DNA of 26,947 bases from positions 1-26,947 of IMG/VR virus record IMGVR_UViG_2744054854_000001. One strand, given 5' to 3'. The notes beneath the pieces are model-generated. The model was not told where the DNA came from. It was given only the letters and a program-made list of their open reading frames with translations, and did not search any database. The position numbers and the translations under genes were made by a program. Below, piece by piece: positions 17,505 to 25,808 of this stretch. Positions within the stretch are counted from its first letter, which is position 1. The number at the start of each line of letters is the position of its first letter. This DNA is from a virus. Lineage: Duplodnaviria; Heunggongvirae; Uroviricota; Caudoviricetes.

Positions 17505-18338
17505 ATGACAGTGAAAGCAAAGCGTTTTCGCATCGGGGTGGAAGGTGCCACCACCGACGGACGCGAAATCCAGCGTGAATGGCTGGAACAGATGGCAGCC
17601 AGCTACAACCCGGCGGTGTATACCGCGCTGATTAACCTTGAGCACATCAAGTCTTATCTGCCGGACAGCATCTTTAACCGCTACGGCAAGGTGACGGCGC
17701 TGTTTGCTGAAGAAATCACGGAAGGTCCGCTGGCAGGCAAGATGGCGCTGTATGCCGACGTTGAGCCAACGGAGTCCCTGGTGGAACTGGTGAAAAAAGG
17801 CCAGAAATTATTCACCTCTATGGAAGTCAGCCCGAAGTTCGCTGATACGGGCAAAGCCTATCTGGTCGGCCTGGCTGCAACTGATGACCCTGCCAGTCTG
17901 GGTACGGAAATGCTGACATTCAGCGCCAGTGCAGCCCATAACCCGTTGGCAAACCGCAAGCAGAATCCTGCCAATCTCTTTACCGCTGCAGAGGAAACGG
18001 TGATCGAACTGGAAGAAATCCAGGACGACAAACCGTCCCTGTTTGCCCGCGTCACGGCGCTGTTTACCAAAAAAGAGCAGTCCGATGACGCCCGGTTCTC
18101 TGATGTGCATAAGGCCGTGGAGCTGGTCGCCACTGAGCAGCAGAACCTGAGCGCACGCACCGAAAAATCCCTGTCTGAGCAGGAAGAACGCCTGTCTGAG
18201 CTGGAGACTGCCCTGCAGGCACAGCAAACCGCCTTTAACGAACTGGTGGACAAGCTGAGTCATGAAGACAGTCGCCAGGACTACCGCCAGCGTGCAACAG
18301 GCGGTAACGCCCCCGCTGACACTCTGACCAATTGCTGA
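17505..18338 (+). CDS. O: capsid scaffolding protein gpO
   Basis: 277-aa ORF, first rightward late gene, GGAG RBS; order O-N-M-L as in P2. Confidence 0.85.
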   Translation: MTVKAKRFRIGVEGATTDGREIQREWLEQMAASYNPAVYTALINLEHIKSYLPDSIFNRYGKVTALFAEEITEGPLAGKMALYADVEPTESLVELVKKGQKLFTSMEVSPKFADTGKAYLVGLAATDDPASLGTEMLTFSASAAHNPLANRKQNPANLFTAAEETVIELEEIQDDKPSLFARVTALFTKKEQSDDARFSDVHKAVELVATEQQNLSARTEKSLSEQEERLSELETALQAQQTAFNELVDKLSHEDSRQDYRQRATGGNAPADTLTNC

Positions 18339-18354
18339 TGGAGCACAAAACCCG

Positions 18355-19413
18355 ATGAAGAAGAATACCCGCTTGGCTTTTAACGCTTACCTGCAGCAGC
18401 TGGCGCGTCTGAACGGTGTGGCAGTTGAAGAACTGTCCAGCAAGTTCACCGTAGAGCCGTCCGTGCAGCAGACATTGGAAGACCAGATCCAGCAGTCCGC
18501 CGCTTTCCTGACGCTGATTAACGTCACGCCAGTGACTGAGCAGTCCGGTCAGCTGCTGGGGTTGGGAGTTGGCAGCACCATTGCCGGAACCACTGATACC
18601 ACCGCGAAAGAGCGTGAACCTGTCGATCCGACGCTGATGGTCGATGTGGAATATAAATGCGAGCAGACCAACTTTGACACGGTGCTGACCTACGCGAAGC
18701 TGGACCTGTGGGCGAAGTTTCAGGATTTTCAGGTGCGTATCCGTGACGCCATCGTGAAACGTCAGGCACTGGACCGCATCATGATCGGCTTTAACGGCGT
18801 GAAGCGTGCGAAAACCTCCAACCGTAGCGAAAACCCGCTACTGCAGGATGTGAATAAAGGCTGGCTGCAGAAAATCCGTGAGGATGCACCGGATCACGTC
18901 ATGGGCAGCACCACCACGGGCGGTGAAACCACACCGGGCGCAGTGAAAGTCGGGAAAGGTGGCGAATATGCCAACCTGGACGCCGTGGTGATGGATGCCG
19001 TCAATGAGCTTATCGACGTGGTCTACCAGGACGATGACGATCTGGTGGTGATTTGCGGTCGTGAACTGCTGTCTGACAAGTATTTCCCGCTGGTCAACAA
19101 AGAGCAGGAAAACAGTGAAAAACTGGCTGCCGATATGATCATCAGCCAGAAACGCATGGGGGGCCTGCAGGCCGTGCGTGCGCCGTTCTTCCCGCCGAAT
19201 GCACTGCTGATTACCCGTCTGGATAACCTGTCCATCTACTGGCAGGAAGACACCCGCCGCCGTTCAGTTATCGACAACCCGAAACGTGACCGGATTGAAA
19301 ACTTTGAATCCGTTAACGAAGCCTATGTGGTTGAGGACTACCGCTGTGCCGCACTGGTGGAAAACATCCAGATTGGCGACTTCAGCGCCGCCGCAGCAGA
19401 AACCGGAGCGTAA
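18355..19413 (+). CDS. N: major capsid protein gpN
   Basis: 352-aa ORF following O; size and position as P2 N. Confidence 0.85.
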   Translation: MKKNTRLAFNAYLQQLARLNGVAVEELSSKFTVEPSVQQTLEDQIQQSAAFLTLINVTPVTEQSGQLLGLGVGSTIAGTTDTTAKEREPVDPTLMVDVEYKCEQTNFDTVLTYAKLDLWAKFQDFQVRIRDAIVKRQALDRIMIGFNGVKRAKTSNRSENPLLQDVNKGWLQKIREDAPDHVMGSTTTGGETTPGAVKVGKGGEYANLDAVVMDAVNELIDVVYQDDDDLVVICGRELLSDKYFPLVNKEQENSEKLAADMIISQKRMGGLQAVRAPFFPPNALLITRLDNLSIYWQEDTRRRSVIDNPKRDRIENFESVNEAYVVEDYRCAALVENIQIGDFSAAAAETGA

Positions 19414-19416
19414 TTC

Positions 19417-20067
19417 ATGAGCCTGAGTCCCGCACGGCAGCATCGCCTGCGCGTTCAGGCTGAACAGGCCGCCCGCGAGGGCGGCAGTGTTCGCCACGCG
19501 TCGGGCTATGACCTGATGCTGCTGCAACTGGCGGAAGACCGCCGCCGTCTCAAGGGCGTTCAGTCCACGGTCAAAAAAGCGGAAATCAAGGTGGAGCTGC
19601 TGCCGAAATACGCTGCCTGGGCAGAGGGTGTCCTGGCTGCCGGAGGCACTCAACAGGATGACGTGCTGATGTACGTGATGCTGTGGCGCATTGATGCCGG
19701 AGATTATGCCGGGGCGCTGGAGATCGGGCGTCATGCCCTACGTCATGGCTGGGTGATGCCACTGGGTAACCGCAATGTGCAGACCGTGCTGGCAGAGGAA
19801 ATGGCAGACGCCGCGCAGAGCGCAATGCTTGCCGCCACCGGCTTTGATGCCGATCTGTTGTTGCAGACGCTGGAGCTGACAGACGGTCTGGATATGCCGG
19901 ACCAGTCACGGGCGCGTCTGCATAAAGCGATTGGCGCTGTCCTGAGTGAAAGCAATCCGGCTTCCGCCCTTAATCATCTCAACCATGCGTTGCAGCTCGA
20001 TCCCCGCTGTGGCGTGAAAAAAGACAAACAGCAGCTGGAGCGCAGACTGCGCAATGACAGCCGCTGA
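19417..20067 (+). CDS. M: terminase small (endonuclease) subunit gpM
   Basis: 216-aa ORF; LLP..W...GVL..G..QDD.LM.VMLWR.D.GD.AGALEI motif pattern as in P2 M. Confidence 0.8.
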   Translation: MSLSPARQHRLRVQAEQAAREGGSVRHASGYDLMLLQLAEDRRRLKGVQSTVKKAEIKVELLPKYAAWAEGVLAAGGTQQDDVLMYVMLWRIDAGDYAGALEIGRHALRHGWVMPLGNRNVQTVLAEEMADAAQSAMLAATGFDADLLLQTLELTDGLDMPDQSRARLHKAIGAVLSESNPASALNHLNHALQLDPRCGVKKDKQQLERRLRNDSR

Positions 20068-20162
20068 CAGAACGTGCCCCCGCGCACGGGCGGCACGGGG
20101 TGGCGAAAGGCACTGCCACATCAAAACCCCGTCCACCGCCCTCTATTTCAGGAGAAAGCAGC

Positions 20163-20627
20163 ATGAAGTTTGTTGCGCCAGAACAGGCACCGGAACAGGC
20201 GGAAATCATCAGGAATACGCCGTTCTGGCCTGATGTGGACCTGTCGGAGTTTCGCAGTGTGATGCGCACTGACGGCACGGTGACTCAGCCGCGTTTAAAA
20301 CAGGTTGCCCTGTCGGCAATTTCGGAGGTCAACGCAGAGCTGTATGAGTTTCGCAGACGCCAGCAGATGCTGGGGTATGCCTCGCTGGCAGAAGTCCCGG
20401 CGGAGCAGCTGGACGGCAAAAGCGAGCGCATTCAGCACTATTTCAACGCGGTTTACTGCTGGGCACGCGCCATGCTCAACGAACGTTACCAGGACTATGA
20501 CGCCACGGCATCCGGTGCGAAGCGAGGCGAGGAACTGGCGGAAGCAAGCGGTGATTTATGGCGTGACGCCCGCTGGGCCATCAGCCGGGTGCAGGATGCG
20601 CCGCACTGCACAGTGGAGCTTATCTGA
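20163..20627 (+). CDS. L: head completion/stabilisation protein gpL
   Basis: ATG 20163 with AGGAG RBS (track start 20100); stop overlaps X start (TGATGA). Confidence 0.75.
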   Translation: MKFVAPEQAPEQAEIIRNTPFWPDVDLSEFRSVMRTDGTVTQPRLKQVALSAISEVNAELYEFRRRQQMLGYASLAEVPAEQLDGKSERIQHYFNAVYCWARAMLNERYQDYDATASGAKRGEELAEASGDLWRDARWAISRVQDAPHCTVELI

Positions 20628-20830
20628 TGAAAGTGCGTGCGCATCAGTATGACACGGTGGACGCACTTTGCTGGCGTCATTACGGGCGCACGCAGGGTGT
20701 CACGGAGCAGGTACTGAAGGCAAATCCGGGGCTTGCCGAATACGGCCCCTTTTTACCTCACGGGCTGCAGGTGGAGCTGCCGGACATTCCGACAACCACC
20801 ACCGTGCAGACCGTCCAGCTATGGGACTGA
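20627..20830 (+). CDS. X: tail protein X
   Basis: 67-aa ORF, same length and position as P2 gpX. Confidence 0.75.
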   Translation: MKVRAHQYDTVDALCWRHYGRTQGVTEQVLKANPGLAEYGPFLPHGLQVELPDIPTTTTVQTVQLWD

Positions 20831-20833
20831 ATT

Positions 20834-21049
20834 ATGACGCTTGAGCGAATCAGCGCCTTTATCACGTATTGCATCGCCGTCGTGCTGGCCTGGCTGGGCG
20901 ATTTGTCCATCAAGGATGCCTCAACGCTGGGCGGCCTGATGATTGGTGTGCTGATGCTGGCTATCAACTGGTACTACAAACACAAAGCCTACCAGCTTCT
21001 GCGCGACGGGCAGATCTCGCGGGAGGACTATGAATCCATCAATCGTTAA
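20834..21049 (+). CDS. holin
   Basis: 71-aa ORF with two hydrophobic segments and charged C-terminus, directly upstream of the endolysin. Confidence 0.7.
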   Translation: MTLERISAFITYCIAVVLAWLGDLSIKDASTLGGLMIGVLMLAINWYYKHKAYQLLRDGQISREDYESINR

Positions 21050-21542
21050 ACGCTGCCTTGTCGGGGCCGTGCTGGCTATTGCTGCCACGCTGCCGGGTTT
21101 TCAGCAGCTTCACACCTCCGTGGAGGGGCTGAAACTGATTGCCGATTACGAAGGCTGTCGTCTGCAGCCGTATCAGTGCAGCGCGGGTGTCTGGACCGAC
21201 GGCATTGGTAATACGTCTGGCGTCATTCCCGGCAAAACCATTACGGAACGACAGGCAGCGGAAGGGCTGATCTCTAACGTGCTGCGTGTGGAGCGGGCGC
21301 TGGAAAGGTGTGTGAAGCAACAGCCGCCGCAGAAGGTGTATGACGCTGCGGTGTCGTTTGCCTTCAACGTGGGAACGGGCAATGCCTGCAGTTCCACGCT
21401 GGTGAAATTACTCAACCAGCGGCGCTGGGCGGATGCGTGCCGACAGTTGCCGCGCTGGGTTTATGTGAAAGGTATTTTTAATCAGGGGCTGGATAACCGC
21501 CGTGCGCGGGAGATGGCCTGGTGCTTACAGGGAGCAAACTGA
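21030..21542 (+). CDS. endolysin, lysozyme family with N-terminal signal-anchor (SAR-type)
   Basis: 170-aa ORF; hydrophobic N-terminus CLVGAVLAIAATL followed by lysozyme-like E...D...T region (EGLKLIADYEGCRLQPYQCSAGVWTDGIGNT); strong GGAGG RBS. Confidence 0.8.
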   Translation: MNPSIVKRCLVGAVLAIAATLPGFQQLHTSVEGLKLIADYEGCRLQPYQCSAGVWTDGIGNTSGVIPGKTITERQAAEGLISNVLRVERALERCVKQQPPQKVYDAAVSFAFNVGTGNACSSTLVKLLNQRRWADACRQLPRWVYVKGIFNQGLDNRRAREMAWCLQGAN

Positions 21543-21543
21543 A

Positions 21544-21921
21544 ATGAAAAAGAAATTAATCAGCGGGCTGTTTCTGATGTTATGGATGGCGCTGTTGATC
21601 GCAGCAATGGTGTATCCGCAGGGGATTTTTCCGGTACTGGCAGCGTCCGGTGTCTGGGTAGCCTGTCTGCTGACATGGGTGGCAATTCCGGTAGCACTGG
21701 CTGCGTTAATTAAGAACGGCCCGCTCTGGCAGGAGTTGAGGGCATCTTTGCTGAAGACCATTACCCGAAAAGAAAACGTATTTATCAGCTGGGTGATGCG
21801 ATTGCTGATTGTTGTCAGTCTCGCCTGGACGGGGTGGACCATTACCCTGGTCCTTTATCTGCTGACCGTTATTGCCTTCTGGATCACCCGTAACCAGATG
21901 GCGCAACAGGTAGCAGCATGA
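21544..21921 (+). CDS. LysA-like multi-pass membrane protein (lysis timing)
   Basis: ATG 21544 overlapping endolysin stop; four hydrophobic segments; position as P2 lysA. Confidence 0.5.
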   Translation: MKKKLISGLFLMLWMALLIAAMVYPQGIFPVLAASGVWVACLLTWVAIPVALAALIKNGPLWQELRASLLKTITRKENVFISWVMRLLIVVSLAWTGWTITLVLYLLTVIAFWITRNQMAQQVAA

Positions 21922-22346
21922 ACCGGTTGCTGCTGGTTGTGCTGGCGTTATTACTGGTGGCGCTGGGCTGGCAGACGTGGCGGCTGGCTGATGCCAGCCG
22001 GACCATCAGCACGCAGGCGGACGAGCTGCAGAGCAAAAGCCAGGCACTGGCAAAGAGCAACAGCCAGCTTATCAGCCTGTCCATTCTGACTGAAACCAAT
22101 AACCGGGAGCAGGCGCGGCTCTATGCCGAAGCAGAACAGACCAGCGCACTGCTGAGACAACGACAACGCCGGATTGAGGAACTGAAACGTGAGAACGAGG
22201 ATTTACGCCACTGGGCTGATACTCCTTTGCCTGTTGACATTATCCGGCTGCGGGAACGTCCGGCACTCACCGGAGGTGCAGCTTACCGTCAGTGGTTGTC
22301 CGCGAGTGACGCCGTGCCGGCTGGAGCAGGCAGCACCGCGCACTAA
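21918..22346 (+). CDS. lysB: LysB, Rz-like inner-membrane spanin
   Basis: 142-aa ORF with N-terminal TM segment and coiled-coil-like body; ATGA overlap with upstream gene. Confidence 0.7.
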   Translation: MNRLLLVVLALLLVALGWQTWRLADASRTISTQADELQSKSQALAKSNSQLISLSILTETNNREQARLYAEAEQTSALLRQRQRRIEELKRENEDLRHWADTPLPVDIIRLRERPALTGGAAYRQWLSASDAVPAGAGSTAH

Positions 22347-22479
22347 CGGTGATCTGAATGCGTTGCTGGATGAAACTGAGGCCGCCTGGGCGGTCTGTGC
22401 AGACAAAGTGGACATGATTATTGCGTGTCAGGAGCGAAACAGTGAACAAACCACAATCCCTGCGCCACGCCCTCAATAA
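22189..22479 (+). CDS. lysC: LysC, Rz1-like outer-membrane lipoprotein spanin, partly embedded in lysB in another frame
   Basis: 96-aa ORF with lipobox LTLSGC after a short signal peptide; overlaps the 3' part of lysB as in P2. Confidence 0.6.
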   Translation: MRTRIYATGLILLCLLTLSGCGNVRHSPEVQLTVSGCPRVTPCRLEQAAPRTNGDLNALLDETEAAWAVCADKVDMIIACQERNSEQTTIPAPRPQ

Positions 22480-22873
22480 AGCGGTGCCTTATGTCCGCAA
22501 TAACCCGGACAAACTGCATCTGTTTGTGGATAACGGTTCGCTGGTTGCCACGGGGGCCAGCTCCATGTCATGGGAGTACCGCTACACCCTGAACGTGGTG
22601 ATTGAGGATTTCAGCGGCGACCAGAATCTGCTGATGGCCCCGGTTTTGCTGTGGCTGCGTGATAACCAGCCCGATGCCATCAATAACCCGGCGTTACGGG
22701 AAAAGCTATTCACCTTTGAGGTGGATATTCTGCGCAACGATGTCTGTGATATCAGCCTCAACCTGCAACTGACGGAGCGTGTGATGGTCAGCACTGACGG
22801 CAGTGTGTCGAGCGTTGAAGCTGTAGCAGAACCCGATGAACCTGAAGAAATGTGGACGGTGAAACGTGGCTGA
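22442..22873 (+). CDS. R: tail completion protein gpR
   Basis: GTG 22442 after AGGAG (track TTG 22421); N-terminus NKPQSLRHALNKAVPYVRNNPDKLHLFVDNGS follows the P2 R pattern. Confidence 0.75.
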   Translation: MNKPQSLRHALNKAVPYVRNNPDKLHLFVDNGSLVATGASSMSWEYRYTLNVVIEDFSGDQNLLMAPVLLWLRDNQPDAINNPALREKLFTFEVDILRNDVCDISLNLQLTERVMVSTDGSVSSVEAVAEPDEPEEMWTVKRG

Positions 22874-23312
22874 ACTGCAGAAGGTGGACGACTGGCTGAG
22901 TGCCTTGCTGGCGAATCTGGAACCAGCCACGAGAAGCCGCATGATGCGCCAGCTGGCGCAGGAACTGCGCCGGACACAGCAGCAGAATATCAGGATGCAG
23001 CGCAATCCAGATGGCAGCAGTTATGAACCCCGCAGGGTAACAGCACGCAGCAAGAAGGGGCGCATCAAACGTCAGATGTTTGCAAAGCTGCGCACCACAA
23101 AATACCTGAAAACTGCCGCCAGCGCCGACTCTGCCAGTGTACAGTTTGAAGGCAAGGTGCAGCGTATTGCCCGTGTTCACCATTACGGCCTGCGTGATCG
23201 CGTCAGTCGCAAAGGACCGGAGGTCCGTTACGCAGAGCGCCGCCTGCTGGGTGTAAATGATGATGTTGAGGCAATGACCCGCGACATGATTCTGCAATGG
23301 CTGGCGGGGTGA
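22866..23312 (+). CDS. S: tail completion protein gpS
   Basis: 148-aa ORF overlapping R stop; size and position as P2 S. Confidence 0.75.
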   Translation: MAELQKVDDWLSALLANLEPATRSRMMRQLAQELRRTQQQNIRMQRNPDGSSYEPRRVTARSKKGRIKRQMFAKLRTTKYLKTAASADSASVQFEGKVQRIARVHHYGLRDRVSRKGPEVRYAERRLLGVNDDVEAMTRDMILQWLAG

Positions 23313-23315
23313 TCT

Positions 23316-23333
23316 TTGTATCAGCACTGATAC
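23316..23333. promoter_or_regulatory. perfectly palindromic TGT-N12-ACA late-promoter activator site upstream of V
   Basis: TGTATCAGCACTGATACA, a perfect 18-bp palindrome, in the S-V intergenic gap. Confidence 0.5.
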
Positions 23334-23380
23334 AAGTTGCAGCACTGCCGCCTTTCTTCCCCTGATGGCAACCTTTCCCT

Positions 23381-23959
23381 ATGAACGCACAATTAACCGA
23401 AATCATGCGCCTTATCACCAATCTGATCCGCACTGGTGTAGTCACCGAAGTGGACCGGGAACACTGGCTTTGTCGGGTGAAAACGGGCGACCTTGAAACC
23501 AACTGGATTAACTGGCTGACGCTGCGCGCGGGTAATGCCCGCACATGGTGGAAACCATCGGAAGGTGAGCAGGTGGTGCTACTGAGTCTGGGCGGCAATC
23601 TGGAAACTGCCTTTGCGCTGCCCGCTGTCTATTCGAATCAGTTCGCACCACCGTCGACGTCGGCAGACGCCTGCGTGACAGAACATCCTGACGGTGGCTG
23701 GTTTGAATACGAACCCGCCACCGGGCGCTGGTATGTCAGGGGCATCAAATCAATGGTCATTGAGGCCGCTGACAACATCACCATGAAAACCAGTGAGTTT
23801 GTACTGGAGGCTGACCGCACGCGCATTAACAGCGAAGTGGTGATCAATGGTGGCGTTACCCAGGGCGGCGGAGCGATGAGTTCTAACGGGATCGTGGTTG
23901 ATGCGCATCAGCATACTGGCGTCCTGAAAGGCGGCGATACAACCGGAGGCCCGGTATGA
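23381..23959 (+). CDS. V: baseplate spike / assembly protein gpV
   Basis: 192-aa ORF; TWW.PS.GEQV and FEYEP segments as in P2 V. Confidence 0.8.
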   Translation: MNAQLTEIMRLITNLIRTGVVTEVDREHWLCRVKTGDLETNWINWLTLRAGNARTWWKPSEGEQVVLLSLGGNLETAFALPAVYSNQFAPPSTSADACVTEHPDGGWFEYEPATGRWYVRGIKSMVIEAADNITMKTSEFVLEADRTRINSEVVINGGVTQGGGAMSSNGIVVDAHQHTGVLKGGDTTGGPV

Positions 23960-24315
23960 CGCTTTATAGTGGGATGAACAATACCAGCGGCAAAGTCATT
24001 ACTGATATTGACCATCTGCGCCAGTCGGTGCGGGACATTCTGCTGACGCCGCAGGGTAGCCGCATTGCTCGTCGTGAATATGGTTCCCTGCTGTCGGCAC
24101 TGATAGACCAGCCACAAAATCCGGCATTACGCCTGCAGGTCATGTCGGCAGTGTATGTGGCGCTGAGTCGCTGGGAGCCACGGATGACGCTGGATTCCAT
24201 CACCATCAACAGCAATTTTGACGGTTCAATGGTGGTGGCGCTGAACGGGCGGCGTAATAACGGTGTGCCTGTTTCCCTTTCCGTATCAACAGGAGCAGAG
24301 AATGGCAGTGATTGA
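23956..24315 (+). CDS. W: baseplate protein gpW (GPW/gp25 family)
   Basis: 119-aa ORF overlapping V stop; size and order as P2 W. Confidence 0.8.
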   Translation: MTLYSGMNNTSGKVITDIDHLRQSVRDILLTPQGSRIARREYGSLLSALIDQPQNPALRLQVMSAVYVALSRWEPRMTLDSITINSNFDGSMVVALNGRRNNGVPVSLSVSTGAENGSD

Positions 24316-25210
24316 CCTTTCGCAGTTGCCTGCGCCGCAGATTGTGGATGTGCCGGACTTTGAGACGCTGCTTGCCGAACGCAAGGCCGAATTTGTTGCG
24401 CTTCATCCGAAAGATGAGCAGGAAGCAGTGATCCGCACGCTGGAACTGGAATCTGAACCCGTCACCAAATTGCTGCAGGAGAACGCTTACCGTGAGTTGC
24501 TTCTGCGCCAGCGCATTAACGAAGCCGCGCAGGCGGTGATGGTGGCTTACGCGATGGGCAGCGATCTTGACCAGCTCGCTGCCAACTACAACGTGAAACG
24601 CCTGACGGTAACGCCTGCTGATAATGACGCTGTGCCGCCCGTTGCTGCTGTGATGGAAAGCGATGAAGCGTTACGCCTGCGTGTGCCTGCAGCCTTTGAA
24701 GGGCTTTCAGTTGCGGGGCCAACTGCAGCTTATGAATTTCATGCCCGAAGCGCCGACGGTCGGGTGGCGGATGCCAGTGCAACCAGCCCGGCACCTGCAG
24801 AGGTGGTGCTGACTGTCCTTAGCCGCGAAGGCGATGGAACTGCAGAAAAAGACCTGCTGGACGTGGTGGAAAAAGCTCTGAACAGTGAGAACGTCCGCCC
24901 GGTGGCTGACCGTCTTACGGTTCGCAGCGCAGAAATCATCCCGTATCGCGTGGAAGCCACCATTTTTCTCTATCCGGGACCGGAAGCAGAGCCGGTAATG
25001 GCAGCGGCAAAAGCCAGCCTGCAGAAGTACATCGCCAGTCAGACGCGTCTTGGTCGGGATATTCGCCGTAGCGCCATCTTTGCCGCCCTGCATGTTGAGG
25101 GAGTGCAGCGTGTGGAGCTGGCTTCGCCGCTGGCGGATGTGGTCCTGAACAAAACACAGGCGGCATCATGTACGCAGTGGAGCGTAACCAACGGAGGAAC
25201 GGATGAATAG
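24302..25210 (+). CDS. J: baseplate protein gpJ
   Basis: ATG 24302 (track 24263) giving about 302 aa as P2 J. Confidence 0.8.
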   Translation: MAVIDLSQLPAPQIVDVPDFETLLAERKAEFVALHPKDEQEAVIRTLELESEPVTKLLQENAYRELLLRQRINEAAQAVMVAYAMGSDLDQLAANYNVKRLTVTPADNDAVPPVAAVMESDEALRLRVPAAFEGLSVAGPTAAYEFHARSADGRVADASATSPAPAEVVLTVLSREGDGTAEKDLLDVVEKALNSENVRPVADRLTVRSAEIIPYRVEATIFLYPGPEAEPVMAAAKASLQKYIASQTRLGRDIRRSAIFAALHVEGVQRVELASPLADVVLNKTQAASCTQWSVTNGGTDE

Positions 25211-25808
25211 TCTGCTGCCACCGGGTTCAACACCACTGGAGCGCCAACTGGCGCAAACCTGCAGCGGGATTTCTGATCTGCAGGTGCCGCTGCGTGACTT
25301 GTGGAATCCGGCAACCTGTCCGGTCAGTTTCCTGCCTTATCTCGCCTGGGCGTTCTCTGTGGATCGCTGGGACGAGGGCTGGACAGAAAGCGTCAAGCGC
25401 CAGGTGGTGAAGGATGCTTTTTATATTCATCAGCATAAAGGGACCACCAGTGCCGTGCGGCGGGTGGTGGAGCCGTTCGGCTTTCTGATCCGCATTATTG
25501 AGTGGTGGCAGACCGGAGAGGCACCGGGCACGTTTCGCCTGGATATCGGCGTGCAGGACCAGGGCATCACTGAAGATACCTATCTGGAACTTGAGCGACT
25601 GATAAGCGATGCCAAACCATGTAGCCGTCACATGATCGGCATGTCCATCAATCTGCAGACCAGCGGCCCGCATTGGGTGGGAGCCGCCAGCTATCTTGGC
25701 GAAGAAATCACGATCTATCCGTATATCAACGAAACAATTATTTCCGGCGGCACCGCGCATGAAGGCGGGGCGGTCCATGTTATTGACACAATGAGAGTGA
25801 ATCCATGA
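25203..25808 (+). CDS. I: tail protein gpI (baseplate)
   Basis: 201-aa ORF overlapping J stop and H start. Confidence 0.75.
   Translation: MNSLLPPGSTPLERQLAQTCSGISDLQVPLRDLWNPATCPVSFLPYLAWAFSVDRWDEGWTESVKRQVVKDAFYIHQHKGTTSAVRRVVEPFGFLIRIIEWWQTGEAPGTFRLDIGVQDQGITEDTYLELERLISDAKPCSRHMIGMSINLQTSGPHWVGAASYLGEEITIYPYINETIISGGTAHEGGAVHVIDTMRVNP

Noticed and set aside
22788-23345. 185-aa minus-strand ORF
   Set aside because: Antisense to tail completion genes R and S, which are collinear with P2; shadow ORF.
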